41,459 nt of DNA from a virus (IMGVR_UViG_3300020045_004402:1-41459), one strand, 5' to 3'. Shown: positions 1 to 9,057, counted from the first letter of the stretch. Numbers and translations are program-made. Notes: generated by a model from the sequence alone, not told the origin.

Positions 1-121
1 GATGAGTCGTTTCTTCTTGGTTCTCGCAAAGAGGAGTTGGTTGATAAGCTCGGTGATATGGACTCACACTTTGAGAGATGTCGGTACATTATAGACAAGC
101 TACCAAAGTGGATGACTGACC
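1..121. repeat. Terminal direct repeat, copy 1 (assembly overlap; circular genome of ~41,338 bp)
   Basis: Bases 1-121 are identical to 41339-41459; the terL reading frame continues across the join. Confidence 0.97.
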
Positions 122-1158
122 GACTTGGCTACCAACACAAGAACGACAGCTTTCTTAAAATCTTTAAAGCGAATGGCGCTGCGCTCGTTGGTGAGTCAAT
201 GAACCAAGAGTTCTCAAGGCAAGGTAGGTACAAAGCAATTCTGTTAGATGAGTTCGCCTTTGTTGAGAACGCTGAAACGGTGTGGAGAGCTTGCGGAGAC
301 TCAGCTCCATGCAAGGTTGTTGTGTCAACTCCGAATGGTAGTGGTAATTTCTTTTCACAGTTAAGAGAGTCCGGCAAAATAAAGGTCAACACTCTCCACT
401 GGCGGATGCACCCATTTAAAGACCAGCTGTGGTATGAGAAGCAGAAGGTTGACCGCTCTGATAAAGACATCGCACAAGAGCTTGACATAAACTACGAGGT
501 CTCCGCCGGCGAGCCGTTCTACGTAGGCTTCCGTAGAGACTTGCACGTTGGCGAGTTTCGTCATACAAGCAAAGAACTTTTAGTCGGTTGGGACTTTGGT
601 TTCATTCATCCAGCCGTAGTTATAACTCAGATGGACAGCCACGACAGGTGGATAATCCTTAAAGAGTTTATGGGCAACCGCGTAACAATAGACATCTTTG
701 CCGACCAAGTCATCTCAATGCTCAACAGTCTGTATCCAGGCATTCCATCGAGGCACTACGGAGACCCAGCATGTGTTCAGGTTAATGATAAGTCTGAGTT
801 CACTTCATATCAAATCCTACAAAATAAAGGCATTCAGGTTTCACACAGGCCGTCAGAATATAGACAACGCAAGGAAATCATTGAGCACAAGCTGCACACG
901 CTTCACGATGGCAGGCCGGCGATGATGTTTGATAAGTCATGTGAAATCTTAATTAAGGCGTTCATGGGAGGCTATCACTATCCAACTCTTAAAGACGGCC
1001 AACAGTTCATCAAGAAGTTCGAGTTCCCATTTAAAGACGGATTCTATGACCATCTTGCTAACGCTTTGGAGTACATCGCTGTCAATGTGTTTAGTCCAAT
1101 CAAGACTGTTAGGCCTCCGCTCAGACAGCTGCAAACGGCAGGCGTGGATAATATGTAG
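1..1158 (+). CDS. terL: Terminase large subunit, C-terminal part (gene begins at 41018; ~492 aa in total)
   Basis: Walker B AILLDEFAF, coupling motif VVSTPNG, RNase H-like nuclease motifs VGWDFG and DHLANALEY; upstream of the portal. Confidence 0.93.
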   Translation, partial: DESFLLGSRKEELVDKLGDMDSHFERCRYIIDKLPKWMTDRLGYQHKNDSFLKIFKANGAALVGESMNQEFSRQGRYKAILLDEFAFVENAETVWRACGDSAPCKVVVSTPNGSGNFFSQLRESGKIKVNTLHWRMHPFKDQLWYEKQKVDRSDKDIAQELDINYEVSAGEPFYVGFRRDLHVGEFRHTSKELLVGWDFGFIHPAVVITQMDSHDRWIILKEFMGNRVTIDIFADQVISMLNSLYPGIPSRHYGDPACVQVNDKSEFTSYQILQNKGIQVSHRPSEYRQRKEIIEHKLHTLHDGRPAMMFDKSCEILIKAFMGGYHYPTLKDGQQFIKKFEFPFKDGFYDHLANALEYIAVNVFSPIKTVRPPLRQLQTAGVDNM

Positions 1159-1284
1159 CAGGGATACAATTTAATAGTTTTGTGGCTATAGTAATGAATA
1201 AAAAGGTTTTTAATTCAGGTCTTCCCTTAGCAAATAAGACCGCTATCGCTTTAAATACTAAAGGGGAAACATGGAAGTGATAAA

Positions 1285-1465
1285 GCTCGCCTATAACCAT
1301 TCCACCCCGACTGAGATACTTAGTGAAATGTTGCGGACTTTAGCTGTCCAATGTTTTCGAGACTAAAGAGCTAACTGGCTTCTTTTAATCACCTTCTTGG
1401 GTTCATCTCAGGAAAGAGAGTTTAAGGCGAGCCGTTAGAAATAACGAGAGAAGAAGTTAGCTCTT
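1285..1465 (+). ncRNA. Putative structured RNA between terL and portal
   Basis: Inverted repeats 1285-1292/1425-1432, 1311-1317/1405-1411 and 1366-1376/1455-1465; cgtta-GAAA-taacg hairpin. Confidence 0.4.
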
Positions 1466-1475
1466 AAAAATATCT

Positions 1476-1637
1476 ATGGATACAACTGAATACTGCTCAT
1501 TCTGTGGAGAGAAGGCGACATTGATAAGGCACGTCGGCAAGAAAGTCAGAAGAAAGCAAAGTCTCTGTAACGACTGTATCTTAAAAGAGCAGCGCGGTGA
1601 GCTTAACCAGCAATACGAAACGGTGGATAATCTATGA
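1476..1637 (+). CDS. 53-aa C4 zinc-finger protein (ClpX-type CSFC...CNDC); not in ORF track
   Basis: Translated by hand: MDTTEYCSFCGEKATLIRHVGKKVRRKQSLCNDCILKEQRGELNQQYETVDNL; ATGA overlap with the portal start. Confidence 0.7.
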   Translation: MDTTEYCSFCGEKATLIRHVGKKVRRKQSLCNDCILKEQRGELNQQYETVDNL

Positions 1638-3643
1638 TTAAGAAAGACTATTCAGTAGAGTTCGACCAAGCACAAGGCAAGATTATCGCTGAGGTTATCT
1701 GCAAAGAGATTGAAGGCTCGCTTAAGGACAACGCTAAAATCTATGAACGTGCTGAGAGCCGTGAACGTGCCTACAATCAAGTCACAAAGTGGATGGCTCA
1801 AGGGAAAGTACCAACAAGTCCGTGGTATGGCTCAGCCGATTACTTCGTCCCTCTCACTGAGTGGGTGGTAGACGCTGTTTGGGGGAGAGTATTAAAAGCT
1901 CTCTTTGCTAAGCGTCCTTACATGCAAGCTAAAGGCGTTGAGGCATCAGACACTGACAAGGAAGCTGGAATCACAGAGTTCACCGACCAAGTTTTAAATG
2001 AGAAGATAAACCTCTACGAAAACTTCCGCTACTACGTGAAGCAGATGTTGAAACTTCCTTTCGCTGTGCTTAAATACTGCTGGGTTTACGAGAACGACGC
2101 AGTGTACCAAAAAGAAAATGCGATTGTGATGACATCGCAGGATGGACAGACGCAACAGGTACTTCAAGAAGAACAAGAAAAGGCGATGATGCTTGCTCAA
2201 AGCGGTTTCGTGCCATCAGGCGAGGAAGAGGTCGTTGTCCGTAAAGACCGCGAGCTGTGGAACGCTCCTAAGCTTCAATACATTAAATTCTCAGACTATG
2301 TGTGGGCGGCGTCAGCGAAGAAAGGTTACAAGCCCTACTGGGAGGGTGACAGGTTTTGGCAAACACTTTCAGAGATAAAGTCAAACCAACAGTTCATCCC
2401 AGAGTCAGTGGAGAAGATTAGCCGAACGATTCACACCGGCGACATGACACTTTCTCAGGCCGTGCTTACTCAGCGCAGTAAGCTTTTTGAAAGTTTTCAC
2501 TGGTATGGACGACTTCCGATAGACCAAGATAATAAAATAAACTTTACAGACCCTAATGCACTTGAACACGAGGTTCATGCTGTCGTTTGTTATAAAGAAA
2601 AAGAATTACTCTTCCTAACTAAGTGGCAATACGAAAGACTGCCAACTCAAGAACGGGTTTACATTCGTGGACAGTTCGAGGAGACAGAGGATTTCATCGG
2701 AAGGTCGTTAGTTGACAAGCTGTACATGACACAGAAAGAATTAAACACTCTACACAACACCATCATGAACAACGCACAGTTGGCGATGACTAAGATTTTC
2801 ACCAAGCGAAGGACTTTAGTCGGCGAGGAATATGAACGTCCGATGATTTACCCTGGTGTGTTTTTAGATGTCGACCAACCAGGTGACATTCAAGTGTTGG
2901 ACGTTGGAGACGTAAAGGCTATCAGCTGGGAGCTTGAACAATCTTTCATTAACTTCGCTGAGAGAATATCAAACATCTCTGTGTATCAAACAGGGACAGC
3001 ACGTCAGGGCGGCTCGAAGACTAAGGGTGAGGTGGACAGGACTATCTACGAGGGCAACATCGGATTAGATAAGTTCCTCGAACAATGCGCGCTTTCATTG
3101 AAAAAGGTTTATCAATGGAGTGTTGACTACTACTACCACAACATGCCTGAGGGGCTTGAGAGACGAATCAACGGTGAGAATGGTGAGCAGATTTTCCCAA
3201 CACAACAGAACATGCAGCAGTTTAATGATAAAGGCATTCTCCCATACTGGCAAGAGGATGACCTCGCAGGTCAATACGATTTCCAGTGGCAGAACACAAG
3301 CTTGAACTCCTCTGAGGCGTACCAGATTCAACTCTCCAATGACCTACAGGACAGATATCTACCTCATCCGATGGTTGCTGGTTCGCTAATTTCCACATGG
3401 CATATTCTTAAGATGGGTCTTGAGGCAAGGAAGGTTAAAGATTGGCAGAAGATTCTTCCACCAAAGGAAGCTGTGATGGCTGAGATGCAACGGATGCAAG
3501 CAGAATCTCAAGCCGAGGCGCAGGTGCAAAGAGGCGAGGGAGACATAAATCAGAATGCTGTAAAACAAGCTGTGAGCAAAGGCGTGCCACCAGAAGAGGC
3601 GATGAGAATCCTGCAGTCAATGAACGGAGGCAAAAATGGCTGA
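1634..3643 (+). CDS. Portal protein (P22/T7-like podovirus type)
   Basis: 669 aa directly after terL; portal-like segments (GRSLVDKLYMTQKELNTLHN, GTARQGGSKTKGE) and a Q-rich C-terminal tail. Confidence 0.85.
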   Translation: MIKKDYSVEFDQAQGKIIAEVICKEIEGSLKDNAKIYERAESRERAYNQVTKWMAQGKVPTSPWYGSADYFVPLTEWVVDAVWGRVLKALFAKRPYMQAKGVEASDTDKEAGITEFTDQVLNEKINLYENFRYYVKQMLKLPFAVLKYCWVYENDAVYQKENAIVMTSQDGQTQQVLQEEQEKAMMLAQSGFVPSGEEEVVVRKDRELWNAPKLQYIKFSDYVWAASAKKGYKPYWEGDRFWQTLSEIKSNQQFIPESVEKISRTIHTGDMTLSQAVLTQRSKLFESFHWYGRLPIDQDNKINFTDPNALEHEVHAVVCYKEKELLFLTKWQYERLPTQERVYIRGQFEETEDFIGRSLVDKLYMTQKELNTLHNTIMNNAQLAMTKIFTKRRTLVGEEYERPMIYPGVFLDVDQPGDIQVLDVGDVKAISWELEQSFINFAERISNISVYQTGTARQGGSKTKGEVDRTIYEGNIGLDKFLEQCALSLKKVYQWSVDYYYHNMPEGLERRINGENGEQIFPTQQNMQQFNDKGILPYWQEDDLAGQYDFQWQNTSLNSSEAYQIQLSNDLQDRYLPHPMVAGSLISTWHILKMGLEARKVKDWQKILPPKEAVMAEMQRMQAESQAEAQVQRGEGDINQNAVKQAVSKGVPPEEAMRILQSMNGGKNG

Positions 3644-3992
3644 GCCTTATATGTCCCCATTTGAAGGAAGTGCTAAAAGAGGCTTTAGTGATATAGAGTT
3701 TTTAAAAAGATTTGGTTCAGTTAAGCCACAAATCAAAGTTAATGAACTCAAGAACTTAGAACAAATGGAAACAAGAAGAAGAATGGCTGAGCGGCTAAGA
3801 GGGAGTGTTGGAGCTGTAGATGCAGGGATGCTTGGCAAGGCCACTGGCATAGTTGGTGCAGGGCAAGCAGGATGGGGAGTCGGGAGAATGTTGGGAAATT
3901 CTCCATTACTTACTGACCCCAATATGACCTATGACCAATTTTATCAAAATATGTTAGGCAATCTATTTAGGAGGACAAATGTTCCAAGTTAA
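3636..3992 (+). CDS. Hypothetical head-region protein with a KRG|FSDIE pilin-like motif
   Basis: 118-aa ORF, SD ggagg, overlaps the portal end; Gly-rich hydrophobic segment. Confidence 0.65.
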   Translation: MAEPYMSPFEGSAKRGFSDIEFLKRFGSVKPQIKVNELKNLEQMETRRRMAERLRGSVGAVDAGMLGKATGIVGAGQAGWGVGRMLGNSPLLTDPNMTYDQFYQNMLGNLFRRTNVPS

Positions 3993-4320
3993 CATCAAGA
4001 AGATTTCCACTCACGAACTTAACAAGATGCTTCGTGTTGCCGGAAGACTAAAGAAGCTCGATGCCAGTAACGAGTCCGGATGGGCTGACTACTGTTTACT
4101 TTTAGACAACTACATTAAAAACCTTTTAGAGTATAAGAAGAACTTCAATATCTCACAGGCTACTGATGAGCAGATTTACCAGCTGAAGCTCTACGACCGA
4201 GACATCTGGCTGATAAGTAATTTCATCAGGAAAGCACCGAGGCTCTTCGTAGAGAACCTTGAGGCAGAGATTAAGAAGAAGCGTGAAGAGGCAGAGACAC
4301 CAACCGAAGGAGAGCTTTGA
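3979..4320 (+). CDS. Hypothetical protein
   Basis: 113-aa ORF, SD aggagga, coupled to neighbours. Confidence 0.7.
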   Translation: MFQVNIKKISTHELNKMLRVAGRLKKLDASNESGWADYCLLLDNYIKNLLEYKKNFNISQATDEQIYQLKLYDRDIWLISNFIRKAPRLFVENLEAEIKKKREEAETPTEGEL

Positions 4321-4526
4321 TGGAGCAGGAACACATGGATAAGATGAAAGAAGCGATGATTAAGATGGATGAGGCTTGCGCAATCATGCACGAGATGATG
4401 GATAAATCTGATGAGCTGTCTGGCGGTGATGAGCTGAAGGAAAAGGAATATATGTCAATGCCTAAAGAAAAGCGCGTTGAGTACGACCGAAAGCAAGTTC
4501 TTGGTAAAGTAGAAGAAGAAAAATGA
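4317..4526 (+). CDS. Small acidic Met-rich hypothetical protein
   Basis: 69-aa ORF, SD aaggag, overlaps both neighbours. Confidence 0.65.
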   Translation: MMEQEHMDKMKEAMIKMDEACAIMHEMMDKSDELSGGDELKEKEYMSMPKEKRVEYDRKQVLGKVEEEK

Positions 4527-4921
4527 GCTACGTTGCCTTAATGATGATTCTGGCGGCGTTCACGTATTCTGACATTAAGTACTTTTTGCTGCCGAATGTT
4601 TTAATGTTCTCAGCAATGTTCTTTGGTTGTGCTATCACTGGGTTTTACATCCCGTGTGCTGTGGCGTTCATCTCAGTAGCGTTGATTTGTGAACACGGCA
4701 AAGTCATTCGATGGCAAGGCGGAGATGTGAAGTTAATTGCCATGGTAGCAGCATTCATAGGCTGGCTCTTTATTCCAGTGGCGATATTAACGCATCTCTT
4801 TGTAAATTTATACAGGCGGGTGAGGAATTGTAATGTTGGGTTACCTCTTGCGCCGTTTGTTTCTGTAGCAACTTTAATTGTTTTGTTATCAGCGGCCACC
4901 CTAAAATTCATTGTGAATTGA
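4523..4921 (+). CDS. Prepilin peptidase, A24 family (TadV/CpaA-like; no Zn/methyltransferase domain)
   Basis: Polytopic hydrophobic 132 aa; A24 signatures YSD17IKYFLLPN, GGD68VKLIAMVAAFIGW and C-terminal LPLAPF. Confidence 0.88.
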   Translation: MSYVALMMILAAFTYSDIKYFLLPNVLMFSAMFFGCAITGFYIPCAVAFISVALICEHGKVIRWQGGDVKLIAMVAAFIGWLFIPVAILTHLFVNLYRRVRNCNVGLPLAPFVSVATLIVLLSAATLKFIVN

Positions 4922-4947
4922 TGGGTCGCTTTACAAGGAGGAGTAGC

Positions 4948-5859
4948 ATGAGTTTTTTAAAAAAGATGTGGCTGTGCATCCTTTCTCAAAGAGGCGAGGA
5001 GGAAGGTGAAGCAGCAAGCGGTAGCGGTGAGGCTTCTGTCGAAGGACAGGGAGAGCAACAAGCCGTCGCTGAAGGGCAGTCAGGTGAGAAGCCGGCTGTG
5101 AGTTTAGAGGAGCTGCAAAGACAGGTAGATGAGTACAAGTCCAAGCATGAGACACTATCAGGTCAGTCAAGGGCGACAGAGAGAAACCTGGCGGCAACGC
5201 GCAGAGCGCTTGAGTCAAGTGGCTTTCGATTACTTACCGACTCCGATGGTAACGTGCAGCTTGTGCCAGCAGCCAAGCAGACTCAAAACTCTCGCTTCAC
5301 AGACGAACATAAAAATAAGTTCTTTTCATACTTTCCCGATGCTAAGGCTGGTGAGGAGTTTCTTAACATCCAAAGACTTCTGATTGAAGACATGCTTGAT
5401 TCAGGCCTTAAGGGATTCAAGGGCGAGATGACGAAAGAGCAACAATTCTCCTCGCAGCGTCAAGACTCCATCAATAGAATGTATCAGCTTTTTCCTCAGT
5501 TGGACTCTAAGGACAAGGGTTTCAACAAGGAGTTCTACGACAAAGCTGATAGGATACTGATTGATAGATACCTTGACCCAAAGACTGGACAACCTTTAAT
5601 CGCTCACGCAGACCTTATTGCAGCTAATGAGGCAGCAATCGAGCTTGGAATATCTCCTGCATCTGTGGTAAAGGCTAAGGCAGAGGCTTTCGAGAAGGGC
5701 AAGGAGTCGAAGCAGATTGTAGGCACTGTGAAAAGCTCGCAAGCACAAGGCGGCGGTGGTGGATTCAAGAAGCTCGCCTTTGCAGAATACTCCAAGCTAA
5801 GCCAAGAGCAGAGGGCTGAGTATGATAAGAACGACATACAGACACGAAAGGTAAAGTAA
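4948..5859 (+). CDS. Capsid scaffolding protein with Flp-like N-terminal leader
   Basis: ATG 4948 has SD aaggagg; acidic low-complexity N-terminus plus coiled coil; directly before the MCP; leader MSFLKKMWLCILSQRG. Confidence 0.75.
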   Translation: MSFLKKMWLCILSQRGEEEGEAASGSGEASVEGQGEQQAVAEGQSGEKPAVSLEELQRQVDEYKSKHETLSGQSRATERNLAATRRALESSGFRLLTDSDGNVQLVPAAKQTQNSRFTDEHKNKFFSYFPDAKAGEEFLNIQRLLIEDMLDSGLKGFKGEMTKEQQFSSQRQDSINRMYQLFPQLDSKDKGFNKEFYDKADRILIDRYLDPKTGQPLIAHADLIAANEAAIELGISPASVVKAKAEAFEKGKESKQIVGTVKSSQAQGGGGGFKKLAFAEYSKLSQEQRAEYDKNDIQTRKVK

Positions 5860-5861
5860 AG

Positions 5862-7190
5862 ATGGATTTCTTAAAATGGTTACGACTGTTGATTAACGAA
5901 GACGGTTGGACGCCAGAGATGTCTGTAACGGGCGTTGCTGATGTTGATGCCGCTATTCCAGAGTACTGGGCCAAAGGAATTCTCACTGATGCAAACCGTG
6001 AGTCTTTCTGGGGACAGCTTTCAGGAAAAGAAGGCTCTCGTATGCCTGTTATAGATAAAACCGGCCCATTACGTCAGAACGGCGATTCTTTAATCTTCAA
6101 CACAATCGCTCAGTTGATGGGTACTGGTGTCACTGGTGGAAGTGTTTTAAAAGGAAATGAAGAGTCTCTTTCAATAGGCTCTTTCTCAGTTACATGCGAT
6201 GTTGTTCGTCATGCCGTAGCCATTCAACGCAAGGCTACTAAACAAGCGAACTTCGACACAGTGCAAGAAGCTGGCACATTGCTTAAAGAGTGGATGACAC
6301 GCAAGATGGATAATGATGTCTTTACCACAATCATTGACACTGCGTCTGATACGCTTTTTGCAAACTCAGCTGCTTCTGCTGGCGCGATGAGAAACAACAA
6401 CGGCAATGAGTTTGGTATGACTGAAATCGACATGATTCGGTTAGCTTTGCTTCGTCAGGGAGCAGACCCGATTCAAGTGACTCGGTCAAATCAAAGAACA
6501 GTGCCTGTTTATGGTATAGTGCTTGGTGAAATTGAAGAATACCGCATCTATCAAAACACAGCGTTCTTACAAACAATCCGTGAAACATGGCAGAGATTTC
6601 AACAGGGTGGTTCTCATCCGTTGATTGACAACGCCATCGGGATGTTTAAGAATGTTCTTTTGTATCGGTATTACTCAGTGCTTCCGATTCCGCAAGGAAC
6701 TCCGCTTCGTGCTGAGACTACAGTTTTCGCTACGCTCACAACGACAGCAACTCACTTGTCTGTTGGTGCAGCTTCTGCGACAACTGGCGTGACGCCGAAC
6801 TACACGTTGTTCTTCGCAACGGCTGGTTCGCTTCAAATTGAAGATGAGGTCATTGGTTACACTGGTAAAACCAACAACACATTCACGGGCTTAGTTCGCT
6901 CTGACCTTGAATATGTTGGAGGTTCTGCAACAACTGCTGTGCAACACGGCGCTAACACGCTTGTAACACAACGCAACATCGCTTCTGTCATTGGTTTTGG
7001 TGCTGAGGCTATCTTCCGAGCAATCGGCGATGAACCAGAACCAGTCGGTGAAAAGGATGATTACGGCGAGCAAGTTGGTATCGGAATTAGAGCATACTAC
7101 GGACAAAAACTGAAACAAGACAGACGTCGTGCTAAGAGCAAGAACGTTGTCGTGATGAAAGTTTGGTCTAAAAACCCTGGAACTGTCTAA
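5862..7190 (+). CDS. Major capsid protein (N4-gp56-like HK97 fold) with Flp-like leader and an inserted domain
   Basis: 442 aa; GTGVTGGSVLKGNEESL, VRHAV and DYGEQVGIGIRAYYG resemble N4-gp56-family MCPs; follows the scaffold; leader MDFLKWLRLLINEDG. Confidence 0.85.
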   Translation: MDFLKWLRLLINEDGWTPEMSVTGVADVDAAIPEYWAKGILTDANRESFWGQLSGKEGSRMPVIDKTGPLRQNGDSLIFNTIAQLMGTGVTGGSVLKGNEESLSIGSFSVTCDVVRHAVAIQRKATKQANFDTVQEAGTLLKEWMTRKMDNDVFTTIIDTASDTLFANSAASAGAMRNNNGNEFGMTEIDMIRLALLRQGADPIQVTRSNQRTVPVYGIVLGEIEEYRIYQNTAFLQTIRETWQRFQQGGSHPLIDNAIGMFKNVLLYRYYSVLPIPQGTPLRAETTVFATLTTTATHLSVGAASATTGVTPNYTLFFATAGSLQIEDEVIGYTGKTNNTFTGLVRSDLEYVGGSATTAVQHGANTLVTQRNIASVIGFGAEAIFRAIGDEPEPVGEKDDYGEQVGIGIRAYYGQKLKQDRRRAKSKNVVVMKVWSKNPGTV

Positions 7191-7206
7191 ACGAAAGGAG
7201 ACTAAA

Positions 7207-7701
7207 ATGATTAAGTTTTTATTAGCTCTCCTTGCCGTGGTGGCAATGGCAGGGCAGTTGTATGCAGATAGTACGTACACATCAACAACAAACATCAAAG
7301 GCGGAAACGCTGACTTTGCTGTCGGTGCTAATGTTGACCAGAACAATGGTTACACACAACGCATTGACTCAGAGGGAGCTGCTTACGTTCAAGAGAAGGT
7401 TCAAGAGGTTGTTGAGGCAATTGACGCAAACGACCTGTATAGTGGAACAACAGTAAAATCTGGGGCGTGCAGATTGTCCTCCATTACCTTTGGTGGGCCA
7501 ACAGCTGCTGCTGGAGATTTTCTGTTGGTGTATGACAATACATCAGCCACTGGAACTCCTAAGTTTGACATATCAGTTGGAACTGCTAAGGACACTGTTT
7601 TCTTTGTGGTTCCTGGTGGCGTAAAGATGGCAACTGGCATCTTTGTCAAGCAAGGAAGTGGTGGTTCTTCTGGTGTAGCTACTGTCACGTACGACGATTA
7701 A
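7207..7701 (+). CDS. Beta-rich structural/decoration-like protein with Sec signal peptide
   Basis: MIKFLLALLAVVAMAGQLYA| signal; C-terminal LVYDNTSATGT...GIFV phage beta-sandwich-like motif; directly after the MCP. Confidence 0.65.
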   Translation: MIKFLLALLAVVAMAGQLYADSTYTSTTNIKGGNADFAVGANVDQNNGYTQRIDSEGAAYVQEKVQEVVEAIDANDLYSGTTVKSGACRLSSITFGGPTAAAGDFLLVYDNTSATGTPKFDISVGTAKDTVFFVVPGGVKMATGIFVKQGSGGSSGVATVTYDD

Positions 7702-7705
7702 GGAT

Positions 7706-7742
7706 TAGGGGAGCTCTGCAAAAGCATCTCCCCTATCTCTTT
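7706..7742 (+). terminator. Probable intrinsic terminator after the MCP and next gene
   Basis: taggggag (7706-7713) / ctccccta (7728-7735) stem followed by tctcttt. Confidence 0.55.
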
Positions 7743-8771
7743 ATGAAAGACATCCTCTTAAAGCTAATCCTACTCATCTCACCTCTCGCCTACATGGCAG
7801 GTAGGGCTATAGATTCTTTTGACTTGGTGGTTTTCCACATCGGATTCATTCTTTTGTTTATTTCAGCACAATTCTTGACAAATAAGCCGATACAGTTAAA
7901 AGTTTTCTCAATCTTCCTCTTAGCTGTTCTTGCCTGCACTGCTTTAAGTGGGTTAAAGACTGTTTCAGTATTTGCCTTGCTTAATCTTACCGTTGCACTC
8001 TGCGTTGTTCAGTTGATGAGCATTGAGTCATATAAGAAATTTGCTAATATCTTCTTAATAGCCTCAATCATAAACATAGCGTTATGCTTCTTCCCTACAA
8101 TTTCTCCGATTGATAACCCGACAGGAGAGTCTGGTGGATTATTTGGAAACGCTCCAAGGCTCTGCTACTACCTTGCGCTCACAATGCCTTTTGTTGTTGA
8201 TAGATATACTCTTACACTTCCCGCTTACGCTTTGCTTGGTGTTGTATTTAAAGAGATTTACTTGGTAGCCTTTGCTACATTTATCTTATTCGCAAAGCTC
8301 AGTAAATTAAAATACAGAAAAACTATCTTTACGCTACTGTCCGTTGTGATGTTGGCGATATTTTATAAAGACATCGCACAATCTTTCTCTATCCGTTGGA
8401 CGGTGTGGCAACCGACTATCATTCAAGCACTACAACAGCCCGTATTTGGTTACGGCCTTGCCACGTTTCCGCAGGTTTCAACTCAATTCATAAAATCATA
8501 CTGGACAGCTGATGATTCATTTTCATCTATGTTGCAATTTTTCTTCTCATGCGGATTTATTGGTTTGACAGCTTTAGCTTACTGCGTAAGGCAGTTCCTT
8601 CCGATTAAATTAACTCCACCAGCCACAGCTTTAATCTTCTTGTCAATTCTTAGCCTCGTGGAGTATCCATTCGAAGTACCAAAATTATGGCTGACAATTT
8701 GTTTCATATTGTCGGCTTTTATCATAGAAAAGAACGAGCTTCAGAAAGGAGCACTAAATGCAGTTAATTAA
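7743..8771 (+). CDS. O-antigen ligase-like (Wzy_C/WaaL/O-oligosaccharyltransferase superfamily) membrane protein
   Basis: ~10 TM segments; GGLFGN loop; SFSIRWTVWQPTIIQALQQPVFGYGLATF matches the S..R..W......P.FG.G..F Wzy_C loop. The usual H-N motif is replaced by DDS. Confidence 0.72.
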   Translation: MKDILLKLILLISPLAYMAGRAIDSFDLVVFHIGFILLFISAQFLTNKPIQLKVFSIFLLAVLACTALSGLKTVSVFALLNLTVALCVVQLMSIESYKKFANIFLIASIINIALCFFPTISPIDNPTGESGGLFGNAPRLCYYLALTMPFVVDRYTLTLPAYALLGVVFKEIYLVAFATFILFAKLSKLKYRKTIFTLLSVVMLAIFYKDIAQSFSIRWTVWQPTIIQALQQPVFGYGLATFPQVSTQFIKSYWTADDSFSSMLQFFFSCGFIGLTALAYCVRQFLPIKLTPPATALIFLSILSLVEYPFEVPKLWLTICFILSAFIIEKNELQKGALNAVN

Positions 8772-9057
8772 AGTCAAGTATGTAGGCAAGGGCGACTCCG
8801 TCCTCACTGAATATAACGGAAAGAAGTACAGTTTTGGAAAATCAAACTCTGTGCAGACAATTCCGGTAGAGGTTTACAATTTTATGCAAGACTTCCAAAG
8901 TCCCTTCAGAGAGGACATCGTTCCATTCAGCGATTTCTCTGAAGAAGTAAAAGAAGAAAAGAAGAAATCAATTCTTGATGAAGTAGCTGAGATTGAGAAA
9001 GACTTAAAGAAAGAGGCACCACATGAGAGCAAGAAGGTCAGCGGTAAGCGTAAATAG
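8758..9057 (+). CDS. Hypothetical protein
   Basis: 99-aa ORF, SD aaggag, charged C-terminus. Confidence 0.7.
   Translation: MQLIKVKYVGKGDSVLTEYNGKKYSFGKSNSVQTIPVEVYNFMQDFQSPFREDIVPFSDFSEEVKEEKKKSILDEVAEIEKDLKKEAPHESKKVSGKRK

Noticed and set aside
1-121. Biological terminal repeat of the virion DNA
   Set aside because: It falls mid-terL and its length is typical of an assembler k-mer overlap; more likely a circular-assembly artefact.
37-1158. Stand-alone 373-aa terminase starting at 37
   Set aside because: It lacks Walker A; the frame is open back through the junction to ATG 41018.
1634-1700. Pilin-like leader on the portal (DQAQG|KIIAE)
   Set aside because: No amphipathic FL(K/R) helix and spacing differs from the four good leaders; likely chance.
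4523-4921. Remnant of a Tad/type IV pilus locus
   Set aside because: No pilin, secretin, assembly ATPase or platform gene in the complete genome; the gene is intact and translationally coupled to head genes.
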